Positions 11,396 through 22,426 of a stretch of 38,605 bases of DNA are shown here, piece after piece. Position 1 is the first letter of the stretch. Each line of letters opens with the position of its first letter. This DNA comes from Octopus bimaculoides (Eukaryota), in the NCBI RefSeq assembly GCF_001194135.2, contig NC_068986.1, positions 18,228,569 through 18,267,173 on the forward strand, written 5' to 3'. The notes under the pieces were generated by a model, which had not been told where the DNA came from, ran no database searches, and saw nothing but the letters and a program-made list of their open reading frames with translations. Position numbers and translations under genes: made by a program.

Positions 11396-12009
11396 TTTAT
11401 TGACACTTTTGAATCCGTCATGGCTTTTTCTCCTATATCATAAAGATTTATGTGTTTCATGTCTAACGTGTGTCTACATGTACGTGGTTAATACACATTA
11501 TATGCAAATCTCTTTAAATATTTACAGAAATTAGTATTGCTTTTTCCTGCGACGTGTCTATATCTATCCTAATAAGTTATTCTGCGCACGGGTTTATAGT
11601 CTGTCATTATATCGGTCTTCCAATTACAGATGAGTTCAATGCCTAAATATTTTAAATCAACAGCTAAGTCGCTGCAAGTAATTAACTTCTCAGCTTGCTT
11701 TAGTAACACGATATAGACGTTTGTTGAGCCCATTACGATTATTAATATACTCTCTCCATTTTTCATAGAAAATAATGTCACAAGTAAAATGTTTTATCTG
11801 ACGGTCTGTAAATTCACATTTACATAGTTAGCTTGCATTGTCATACGGAACATCAACGTTATAGGGAGTCAGGTTACAGACTACGTTTGCAATACACATT
11901 TTGAAACAATTGCGGCTAAGTTATGTAAATAATCAGGTTAACCACTATATAAAAATGGACTTCATTTTTGGGCACAATGTCAGCAATTTTACGCGGAACG
12001 GGTAAATAG

Positions 12010-12148
12010 ATTTATAAATCCTAGTGATTGACGGGTACATATTTTAGGCAAATATGGTCCTGGTGTCAGTGGAACTCAGATCGTAAAGCCGAAGGGAAGC
12101 TACTAAATATTTCGTCCGAGGCCCTAGGGATTCTAACATCAGACCGCC
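12010..12148 (-). mobile_element. Very degenerate SINE family A head
   Basis: Reverse complement ggcggtctgatgttagaatccctagggcctcggacgaaatatttag...tttacgatctgagttcc resembles the family A head and B-box. Confidence 0.45.
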
Positions 12149-12332
12149 ATCTGTGACTATTATATAAATAATGAAATGATGCAACCATTGCGAATAGGGG
12201 AGTAATCACATTATGGATGGTTATACTGAACTCCTTAATCAACAACGTGTAATTACTATTAACTTAAACACCCCCATCCTCCTACTCCACTTGTGTTTCC
12301 TTCTACTATTCATTAACATATTATCACATCAA

Positions 12333-12540
12333 TGAGCTGCAAGAATCCTTAACACACCGGGGGAAATGCTTAGCGCCATTTCATGTCTTTATGTTCTGAG
12401 TTGAAATTCTGCCGCAGTCAACTTTGCCTTTCATCCTTTCGGGGTCTATAAATTAAGTACCAGTTGCGTACTGTGGTCGAACAAATCGACTGGCTCCCTC
12501 TCCCAAAATTTCGGGTATGGCGCCTAGAGTAGAAAAGAAT
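12333..12540 (+). mobile_element. SINE family A
   Basis: tRNA-like head (gagctgcaagaatccttaacac; B-box-like ctgagttgaaattc), core caactttgcctttcatcctttcggggtctataaattaagtaccagttgcgtactg, tail agagtagaaaagaat. Confidence 0.9.
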
Positions 12541-12648
12541 TTAACAGTCGTGTAGTGGGGGGTCGATGAGATCGTCTAACCACCTCATCCATAAAGTGGT
12601 GCCTTTGTGTTTAATGATTTTAAATAATTACTATTATAATATGTCAAA

Positions 12649-12800
12649 GTGGTGGGTGGTAGGATTGCTACGATGTCGGAAAATAAGATTTACATTATTT
12701 CTTCTGAGTTCGAATTCTGCCGCTGTCAAATTTGTATTTCACTTTTACAAGATCGAGAAAATAGAGTACAATTTGCACAGTGAGACCGATGCTATCGTCT
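12649..12800 (+). mobile_element. Degenerate SINE family A
   Basis: ttctgagttcgaattctgccgctgtcaaatttgtatttcac...gatcgagaaaatagagtaca, collinear with the neighbouring copies. Confidence 0.55.
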
Positions 12801-12848
12801 TTCCGTTCTACTAAAAATTTGCTAGCAATTTTTATTATCATCACTTGG

Positions 12849-13049
12849 GGCGGTAAGCTGGCAGGATCCTTAACACGCTGGACGCAATACTTAGTAATTC
12901 GCCCGTTGCTTTGTACTGAGTTCTGCGAAGCTGGCCATTGCTATTCATCCTTCGGGATGATCGATATATTAAGTACCAGTGAAACACTGGGGTTGATGCA
13001 ATCGGATGTTCACAAAATTTCAGGCTTTCTGCCTTTAGTAGAAAGGATT
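12849..13049 (+). mobile_element. SINE family A
   Basis: ggcggtaagctggcaggatccttaacacgctggacg head, attcatccttcggg..taagtaccagtgaaacactggggttgat core, agtagaaaggatt tail followed by (ATC/ATT)n. Confidence 0.85.
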
Positions 13050-13889
13050 ATCATTATCATCATTATTATCATATTCCTAATGGCAATTATTACTTAGGAA
13101 AATAATCAAAACTAAAACGGATAATCATTTAAAAAATAATAATTCTTATACTGATAGCTATAAAGAGTTATAACTGTTTCCCACCAGTCTTCGTGTAGAA
13201 TTCGAATAACCACATTGTCGACATCGTAGTCCAGTATGCAGACAGTGGCCGAAAATTGAAGTACCAAGCACGAAGTACGTTCAGTCAAATGGATTCGTTT
13301 GTGTTTTAAGTAAGTACTGACATTTAGAGTGGATTAGAAAACGTCTATATAAAGTATATATGGTAGTAGTAGTTATATAAATATATATATATATNNNNNN
13401 NNNNNNNNNNNNNNNNNNNNNNNNNNNNNNNNNNNNNNNNNNNNNNNNNNNNNNNNNNNNNNNNNNNNNNNNNNNNNNNNNNNNNNNNNNNNNNNNNNNN
13501 NNNNNNNNNNNNNNNNNNNNNNNNNNNNNNNNNNNNNNNNNNNNNNNNNNNNNNNNNNNNNNNNNNNNNNNNNNNNNNNNNNNNNNNNNNNNNNNNNNNN
13601 NNNNNNNNNNNNNNNNNNNNNNNNNNNNNNNNNNNNNNNNNNNNNNNNNNNNNNNNNNNNNNNNNNNNNNNNNNNNNNNNNNNNNNNNNNNNNNNNNNNN
13701 NNNNNNNNNNNNNNNNNNNNNNNNNNNNNNNNNNNNNNNNNNNNNNNNNNNNNNNNNNNTATATATATATATATGTATGTATGTATGTATGTATATATAA
13801 CAATCGAAACTTGTTTGCATTTTCTTATTTTAAAATGTTCACAATTCGTGTTGCATTGCAGTTGCAAATACTAAAATGGCATTAAAAAC

Positions 13890-13891
<2 letters not shown>

Positions 13892-13966
<75 letters not shown>
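13892..13966. repeat. (TAG)25 microsatellite
   Basis: Direct reading. Confidence 0.98.
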
Positions 13967-14367
13967 TATATTTGTTGCTGTTGTAGCTACTACTGGTGTT
14001 GTGTTATGCATTTATTTTCTTTTTATTATTTTCGTTATAATTATTTGCTGTATTTTTTTTTGGCGATTGCTCTTTATTTTATGTAGTCATGTAATATCTC
14101 TTGTTGCTGTGACCTCGTTATCATGTCTATTAACATAATTAGAAAATTACGTTACAAGGCTTTCTAGGTGTTGCGGTCACGTCAGAACATATGTATCGAT
14201 CGAATGTATTGATTTTATAACCAATGCATGCATTACTGGAAATTAGAAAATGTAATAAATAAACAATAAAAGTGATTGATGATACAAAAATACTCAACGT
14301 TAATCTTAATATACACGGCAGCAACGTTAATAATCATAGAAAACTGCTTCTCACTCTTATCGGCATT

Positions 14368-14446
<79 letters not shown>
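14368..14446. repeat. (CTA)26 microsatellite
   Basis: Direct reading. Confidence 0.98.
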
Positions 14447-15046
14447 AGATTGTGCTACTGTTGCTGCTGCTGCTACCGCTAGAGCCAACCGTACAACTTC
14501 TAATAAATCTTCTACAACTAAAAGGATGGAGAAGAAAAAGAAGAAGNNNNNNNNNNNNNNNNNNNNNNNNNNNNNNNNNNNNNNNNNNNNNNNNNNNNNN
14601 NNNNNNNNNNNNNNNNNNNNNNNNNNNNNNNNNNNNNNNNNNNNNNNNNNNNNNNNNNNNNNNNNNNNNNNNNNNNNNNNNNNNNNNNNNNNNNNNNNNN
14701 NNNNNNNNNNNNNNNNNNNNNNNNNNNNNNNNNNNNNNNNNNNNNNNNNNNNNNNNNNNNNNNNNNNNNNNNNNNNNNNNNNNNNNNNNNNNNNNNNNNN
14801 NNNNNNNNNNNNNNNNNNNNNNNNNNNNNNNNNNNNNNNNNNNNNNNNNNNNNNNNNNNNNNNNNNNNNNNNNNNNNNNNNNNNNNNNNNNNNNNNNNNN
14901 NNNNNNNNNNNNNNNNNNNNNNNNNNNNNNNNNNNNNNNNNNNNNNNNNNNNNNNNNNNNNNNNNNNNNNNNNNNNNNNNNNNNATAGAAACACCAGCAG
15001 AAGTATCTACAAGAATAACAACGATGAGACGTATAGAAGGCGCACT

Positions 15047-15083
<37 letters not shown>

Positions 15084-15086
15084 TCC

Positions 15087-15118
<32 letters not shown>

Positions 15119-15189
15119 CCATCATCATCATTATCATCGTCATCTTATTCGTCATTCTCATAATTTTCCTTTACAAATTCTTCTTCTTC

Positions 15190-15270
<81 letters not shown>
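15047..15270. repeat. Compound microsatellite block (ATG)n-(CAT)n-(TTC)n-(TTA)n
   Basis: Direct reading. Confidence 0.95.
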
Positions 15271-15271
<1 letters not shown>

Positions 15272-15280
15272 CATCATCAT

Positions 15281-15408
15281 TTCTCCTTATCACAGGTTTT
15301 GCTGCGGCTCCCGGAGTCTTACGTGCGTAGTGAGCTTTCTCTTTGCAGGCCACAGTACCATGCTATGCATTCTTTTATACTATTTCATACTTTCCTGATT
15401 ATTGTCGC
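15281..15408 (-). mobile_element. Probable retroelement 3' end running into a (TGA)/(TAA)n tail
   Basis: Reverse complement ...gcctgcaaagagaaagctcactacgcacgtaagactccgggagccgcagcaaaacctgtgataaggagaaatgatgatgat(aat)n; GC-richer than flanks, no coding similarity seen. Confidence 0.4.
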
Positions 15409-15427
15409 AGCAATGGGTGAGAACCCA

Positions 15428-16108
15428 AGCAATGGTTGAGAAGCACAGGACTCAAAGCAGAGACTGAAGGATTTTTAATTGCTGCATAAGACCAAAATCT
15501 CCCCACCTGAAATTACCCAAAACATATAATGAAAAGCAACATAATAAGTAATTGCAGAATATGTGGAGATGGACAAGAAACAATAAATCATATTATCTCT
15601 GGCTGCCCAGTCCTGGCAAATAAGGAATATATTCACAGACATGACAGATTTGGGACCTACACACACTGGAATCTATGCCAACACTATGAACAAGATGGAA
15701 TAGGCACACTCCAGAAAAGGTCACTTAAAACGAGAAAGCAATCACTCTCTGGGATATGCCAATACACACAGATAGAGAAATTAAGGCCAATAGGCCAGAT
15801 ATAGCTGTCAGAGATCATGAAGACAGACGTTTCCTAATTGATGTATCAATACCAGCAGATGGCATTGTTTCTCTAAAAGAAATGGAGGAACTTTCAAAGG
15901 CCTGGAAATAGAGGTGACCGAATGTGGAATCCAAAAACACAAACAATTCCTATCATAGTAGGCGCATTAAGTGTGATAAAAAAAAAAACACTTTCAATAC
16001 AGTAACCATCACAGCAAACCAGAGCACATGCCCAAGGCACACAGAGCTGCGCTCGGTAGGGAAATGAAAGCATGTTATAAAGATAAACCTATTGAATGGT
16101 AATAATAA
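15428..16108 (+). mobile_element. 5'-truncated R4/Dong-clade LINE 3' end (CCHC knuckle, RLE nuclease, 3' UTR)
   Basis: QWLRSTGLKAETEGFLIAA*DQ, CRICGDGQETINHIISGC (CX2CX8HX4C), RHD, WDMPIHTDREIKANRPD, FLIDVSIP; then a non-coding 3' UTR ending gaatggtaataataa. Frameshifted. Confidence 0.92.
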
Positions 16109-16559
16109 GGTTATAAATAAGGAGGAATGAAGTATTAATGTAGGTAACAAGATGCAAACAAAATTAACAACGACAAAAATTGCTTTCAACGTAATAACAT
16201 TACGAAAATTCAAAGTCCGTGTAGGAATGAGTCAACTGCGTCCAGTATAAAACTGATAACACTGATGTAACAAGAATTATTACGAAAATGTATGTACGTA
16301 TGCATTGATTTTAATACAGGGAAGTAGTGAAACTTGTTATAATAGTTATAATACTTATGATAATGAAATCCTACAGAAAACGTTATGATGATAATTATGA
16401 AGAGAAAACACGAATAAAATAGAAATGCACGTAAACAGATGAAATAGCTACATTACATTCGACCATATTTGAAAAAAAATGTATTTACCTAACAGTAACA
16501 AAAAAATAAAAATAAATAAAATAGGCGAGGAGAAATAGATGAGGGAATATTGGAAATTG

Positions 16560-16637
16560 TAATGTTCGATACAATAGTGCTGATGATGTTAATGATAATG
16601 CCATTGTTGCTGAAAGCGATGCTGATTATTATTATTA

Positions 16638-16698
<61 letters not shown>

Positions 16699-17110
16699 GA
16701 AGATGAAGATGATGATGAAGAAGTTGATGTGGAGGTCTTGTTGGTGAGGATCATAATGACGGTGATGGTGATCACCAGCTTCGTTACGATCGTGATAACA
16801 TTCACCATCAACGGCAGCAGCAGCAGCGGCAGCATTATGACGACGATGCCATTGATAATAAGTGATGAGAATTATTAACGAAGACAACGACGACGAATAG
16901 GACAATGTCCATGGTGATGATGATGATGACGACGACGACGATGATGATGAGGATGAAGATGATGAAGGGGAGTATCAAGATCACGATAATGATGACGAAG
17001 TTGGAAACCGCAGCGGTGGCGGCAACGGTGGTGGTAGTGGTAATAGAGATGATGAGGATTAGGACAACCATCATTATGAAGTTGATGACGGTTAAGATGA
17101 GTTTGCACGT
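16560..17110. repeat. Mosaic trinucleotide low-complexity region (TAT, GAT, GAC, GGT, GCA)
   Basis: Direct reading; the overlapping ORFs are homopolymer-rich in every frame. Confidence 0.9.
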
Positions 17111-18531
17111 AACAACGTTGATGCTCTTGTGGGTAGACTAATTGGTCATACGTAGTATGTCGATGAACCAGGATGAATAAAGAGATTATAGTAATATATT
17201 GTGGAAATGAATCTCATTTGTGCTGTTTGCTGCTGAAATTTAATATCAAACAATTAATAAATATTTTATAACAATCATAAAAAAACGCTAATTACCGTAG
17301 CATTGAAATATTACAAATAATATACTGCAAACTTGATTTTAATGCGATAAGAATTAAGAAGCAATGAAACTGGAATGTAAATTAATTCGGATCTAAATCG
17401 AAATTGGATCGTTATATAATTTATATACGTTATGAATTTCCGTAACTCTCAGATAGTTCACGCGAACACAAATAGGCAAAAGATGACATCGGTACACACA
17501 AACACACACACTCACACGCACACACACGCACATACACATACTGTCACACATACGTGATCTCCATACATTTTCACTTCTTTTTTCTAGCATGCTTATTCTC
17601 TGAAAGCTAGATTTATAGCTTAAGCAATTTAATGTATACTCTGAACCATTTCACTAGAAATGATTACTTGCATATAACCCATACATCTGTTGAGTTGCTT
17701 GCTAGGACATAGTTTAAAATTAATATTTCGTTTATTATAAGATCCCTAACAAGATGATGGTGTAATCTATTTCTAAGATAATTGCTTTAATACCGAATAT
17801 TTTCTCTAATGAAACACGTATAAGAATGTATTAAATAATCGCAAAATCTCATCTGCTTTCTTGTTACACACACTGATTCGCTCATAAATTTCCACGCATA
17901 TTCATGTTTATGCTTATACATATATGTCTATATCGATATATATTCTAACTTCTATCTAGAATTCACAGAATGATATGTTAAATTTAAACTATCTACACTT
18001 GATACAATAAATTTAAATTGCAAGTTACAGTAATAGGTGCTTCTGAAACAACTGCTACGAAAATCAAGCTATTGGTAATTGATTGATAATTTGCAGATCG
18101 ATATTTATGTGTACCGATTTCTTACTAGCGTCTTTGCATTATCATTAAATCTAGTTAACTCATATATATATATATATATATATANNNNNNNNNNNNNNNN
18201 NNNNNNNNNNNNNNNNNNNNNNNNNNNNNNNNNNNNNNNNNNNNNNNNNNNNNNNNNNNNNNNNNNNNNNNNNNNNNNNNNNNNNNNNNNNNNNNNNNNN
18301 NNNNNNNNNNNNNNNNNNNNNNNNNNNNNNNNNNNNNNNNNNNNNNNNNNNNNNNNNNNNNNNNNNNNNNNNNNNNNNNNNNNNNNNNNNNNNNNNNNNN
18401 NNNNNNNNNNNNNNNNNNNNNNNNNNNNNNNNNNNNNNNNNNNNNNNNNNNNNNNNNNNNNNNNNNNNNNNNNNNNNNNNNNNNNNNNNNNNNNNNNACA
18501 TGCATATGTACATGCATAATCTCTCAGCTTA

Positions 18532-18582
<51 letters not shown>

Positions 18583-19020
18583 TAATCGTGCATGTACATA
18601 TATAGTTTACACGAATCCTGTGTTTGGTGGAAAGTAAGGAAATCCTATACATAAATATCAAACCACTTTAATAGCAATCCAGACCTGTTAGAGTTGATAG
18701 TTTGCTCGTTTTTATCGCAATTTTTTGCCTATTGGTGAGCACTTCTACTATAGTTGCTGGTATATTAGTGAAAACCGCATCGGATAGGCGTCAGTACGAC
18801 ATTTTGATAAGGATGGAACGCGTTTATCCTTTCAGAATTTAATCATTGATCTTATTCAGACCTTGCTACATTTTCTCCTTCTTTGTCCTTACATATTCGG
18901 TCTGGTTGGTAGTTTTCTTTTCGGTGTGTGACAACATGTTGCTCCGTTATGATGACTCGATTTAGATCGAAAATTCAATAAGGCCGTGATAATGCATTTG
19001 AATTTAAGAAGCAATAACTA

Positions 19021-19263
19021 TCTTACTCTTTTACTTGTTTGAGTCATTTGACTACGGCCATGCTGGAGCACCGCCTTTAGTCGATCAAATCGCCCTAAGG
19101 ACTTATTCTTTGTAAGCCTAATGCTTATTATATCAGTCTCTTTTGCCGAACCGCTAATTTACGGGAATATCAACACGCCAGCATCCGTCGTCAAGCGATG
19201 TTAGGGGGGACAAACACAGACACATAAACATACAAACACTCACACACACACACACACACACAC
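19021..19263 (-). mobile_element. SINE family B, 3' half with internal (GT)n
   Basis: Reverse complement aligns along its length with 24571-24790 (tttgtccccc..catcgcttgac..gatgctgg..cggcaaa..gcttacaaagaataagtcc..gtgctccagcatggccg..caaatgact.aaacaagtaaaa); the 5' side is lost in the N gap. Confidence 0.9.
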
Positions 19264-20278
19264 NNNNNNNNNNNNNNNNNNNNNNNNNNNNNNNNNNNNN
19301 NNNNNNNNNNNNNNNNNNNNNNNNNNNNNNNNNNNNNNNNNNNNNNNNNNNNNNNNNNNNNNNNNNNNNNNNNNNNNNNNNNNNNNNNNNNNNNNNNNNN
19401 NNNNNNNNNNNNNNNNNNNNNNNNNNNNNNNNNNNNNNNNNNNNNNNNNNNNNNNNNNNNNNNNNNNNNNNNNNNNNNNNNNNNNNNNNNNNNNNNNNNN
19501 NNNNNNNNNNNNNNNNNNNNNNNNNNNNNNNNNNNNNNNNNNNNNNNNNNNNNNTAAAAGGTATCCTCTTGGTCATTATTCTGTTACCGATAATCAGTTT
19601 CGTTATTTTCCCTAGATTTCCATATATCTGAGTATTGTGTGTGTGATTATTTATGTGTGTATGCGTTGCAAAACATATGTATTACTGAACTGACCTAATG
19701 ACATCCATCCGAATTACTTTGTGCATGATATATATATATATATATCGATTCCCTGATGCTTATTTTTTTCCCTCTCTTCAGATTTTGAAAATGTCCTTCG
19801 GAAAAGTTTTGTTTTTCTTCTGTGAAAACCAGCCGTTTGCTTTATGGTATGTGTTCCATTGAACATTTTCATATTTTATTGTCTCTTATAAAATACGGCA
19901 TTCCTGAAACAATAGAATAAGCTGGAGTTATAATTTTGATTTTAAATGTTTCTACAACTCTAGACGTTACAGCGATTTCTGGTGATCAACAGCTACTTAA
20001 GCCCCCAAAACTTAAAATGCAAATTTGTAGACGGAATTTGAACTCAGAGCGTGGACAAAATGCATCTGAGCATTTTACTTCCCCCATACCAATAAGACTC
20101 AGCGTCTTATTTAATGTTATTTATCTTAAAACTTTTTAACGTATGTGGTTTGATTTTTGCGACAAAACTTTTATTCCTTTCATCGTTTCTTTTGTATTTT
20201 GATATACATTCTAATATTCACCTGCAAATAGAATTGCTGTCGTGTTAATAAACTTATGTAATATTATAATTAGATATA

Positions 20279-20486
20279 AGGTGACGTCAGAGTCGTTGGC
20301 ACGTGGTGCAAAATGTTTTGCAATATTTCGTCTGTCTTTGTGTTCGCAGTTCAAATTCTGCCGAAGTCAACTTTTCCTTTACTTATTTTGGAGTCGATAA
20401 AATGTATTCCAGTAGGACATTGGGGTCAGTGTAATAGAATTATTTTTTAAATTGCTGGACTTGTGCCAAAATTTGAAACCAATATT
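20279..20486 (+). mobile_element. SINE family A, alternative 3' tail
   Basis: cagttcaaattctgccgaagtcaacttttcc..ggagtcgataaaatgtattccagtaggacattggggtc core; tail cttgtgccaaaatttgaaaccaatatt. Confidence 0.8.
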
Positions 20487-20947
20487 AATTATGTATAATT
20501 TTAATTACATTTGATGCCTTCTGACAATGCTGAGACCGTTGTCGTTTATGATTCTTCTTAATTCGGCATAATATGTAGCAAAGAGAATGAACGTCAGATA
20601 TAGCAAGAGTGCTGACAGGTTGAGTTTTGGAAGTCTGAGATCAGTGAGCTCCGTGGTACAAAGAATATTATAGACGAGGAATAGAAGTAATAGAAAATAG
20701 AGACAAGCAGAGAAAAAACGGAGAGGATAAGGCCAAAAGACAGAGAAATTAAACAGCGGAAGGTGTATACAAAGGAGAGAGTAAAAAAGACAGCAGAAAA
20801 AAATAGAAAGGGGTGACACTAGGGGAAGATTGAAGTGGAAATAGCAAAAAGGATATAGAGACGATATAGCAGAAATGACAAGATTGAGGTTAATGTAATG
20901 AAGTAAGGCAGAAGGGATTATGAGAAAAAGACAAGACATGAGAGAGC

Positions 20948-20985
<38 letters not shown>

Positions 20986-22037
20986 AGCGTGTGTTCTTTT
21001 GTACTGATGTTTATTTCTTTCAAGGTTATTATATCTATATTTCATGGAACAAATTAAATGCTATCTTTGTTTGTATTCTGTATTGAAGATAGTAAATGTA
21101 CGTCAACGTAGCAACTGTAAAATATAGAATTCGTTTCTTTATACTCTTTATTAGTGTATCGTGAGCTATAATAATAAGGAATCACTTGGGTTTAGAGACA
21201 AAATGTTTGATGTTTCTGTTATTTGATGCTTATACTGTAGCTACTATTTATCGGCACGTGGAATTCACAAACACTAATTGTAATTGTGTCTACAAGTTTG
21301 TTTGTTCATCCATCCTTAATTATCTCCTGTCTTATACATGTCAACGTTTTCACATATAAGATATTTCTTTCTCTGTAGATATTTCATATGCTATATCGTA
21401 TATATTTACATGGTTGTACCTCAAAGCTACACAAAAGACAGTCTAAGATAATTCTAGCTTAAAGCAAACTTATTATATTGAGAGATTATTAATTTTTTTC
21501 TATTTCTTTGATAACGAACATTATGATTTGATGTAAAACAACTACATGGTGAATGCAACACGGCCTTGAAAGATATGTTTACGATCTATAACGAATTAGC
21601 ATAAAGTTATGTTAAAAATAAACAGGCAAATCATTAAACGCTTTAACCAGACTAAACGCATATATTCGGTGCAAATATGTTCTTTCTACAAAATAAAATC
21701 AAGTACACACATAAAGGCGAGCATAACATATATGTAAACACATCGCTCTCGGTTTCGATTATAAGTACTCCACAATCGGTTCAATCACAATATATCCTCT
21801 CATATGTTTGTCATGTGCATAATGTTTAGACAGAATTATATTGTAAAACGCTATTTTTTTTAAAAATTTACAAATTCAGTTGCTAACACAGGGTCCCTTG
21901 CATAATTTGTCTCCTTGATTTCTCTTACAGAGGCTGGAGGACTCGAAGATTACGGAAGAAAAAGCCGTTGCTGAAAATTTTCCGTAGCCATCTTTGTAAC
22001 AATCAAAACATAATTCATGCAAACACACCCACAAATG

Positions 22038-22426
22038 TGGTGGTTGGCACCCGTCGGTTATGACGACGAGGGTTGCAGTTGATCCGATCAACGGAACAGC
22101 CTGCTCGTGAAATTAACGTGCAAGTGGCTGAGCACTCACAGACACGTGTACCCTTAACGTAGTTCTCGGGGAGATGCAGCGTGACACAGTGTGACAAGCA
22201 TGGCTCTTCGAAATACAGGTACAGCAGAAACAGGAAGCAAGAGTGAGAGAAAGTTGTGGTAAATAGTACAGCAGGGTTCACTACTACCCGCTGCAGGAGC
22301 CTCGTGGAGCTTAAGGTGTTTTCGCTCAATAAACACTCACAAGGCCCGATCTGAGTATCGAAACTGCGATCCTAAGACCGCGAGTACACATACACACATA
22401 TATAGACCACTGGGCCATTGCGCCTC
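22038..22426 (-). mobile_element. Full-length tRNA-derived SINE, family C, with 14-bp target-site duplication
   Basis: The - strand starts gaggcgcaatggcccagtggt (A-box TGGCCCAGTGG), B-box-like gtttcgatac; perfect direct repeat cacacccacaaatg at 22024-22037 and 22427-22440. Confidence 0.9.

Noticed and set aside
15296-15329. 34-nt segment between a strong acceptor and gtgagc
   Set aside because: Lies in the antisense of a probable retroelement 3' end; a cryptic site is more likely.
16489-17141. Poly-Ala/His/Asp ORFs resembling transcription-factor low-complexity regions
   Set aside because: All frames are homopolymeric and interrupted by (TAT)n; no domain or splice context.
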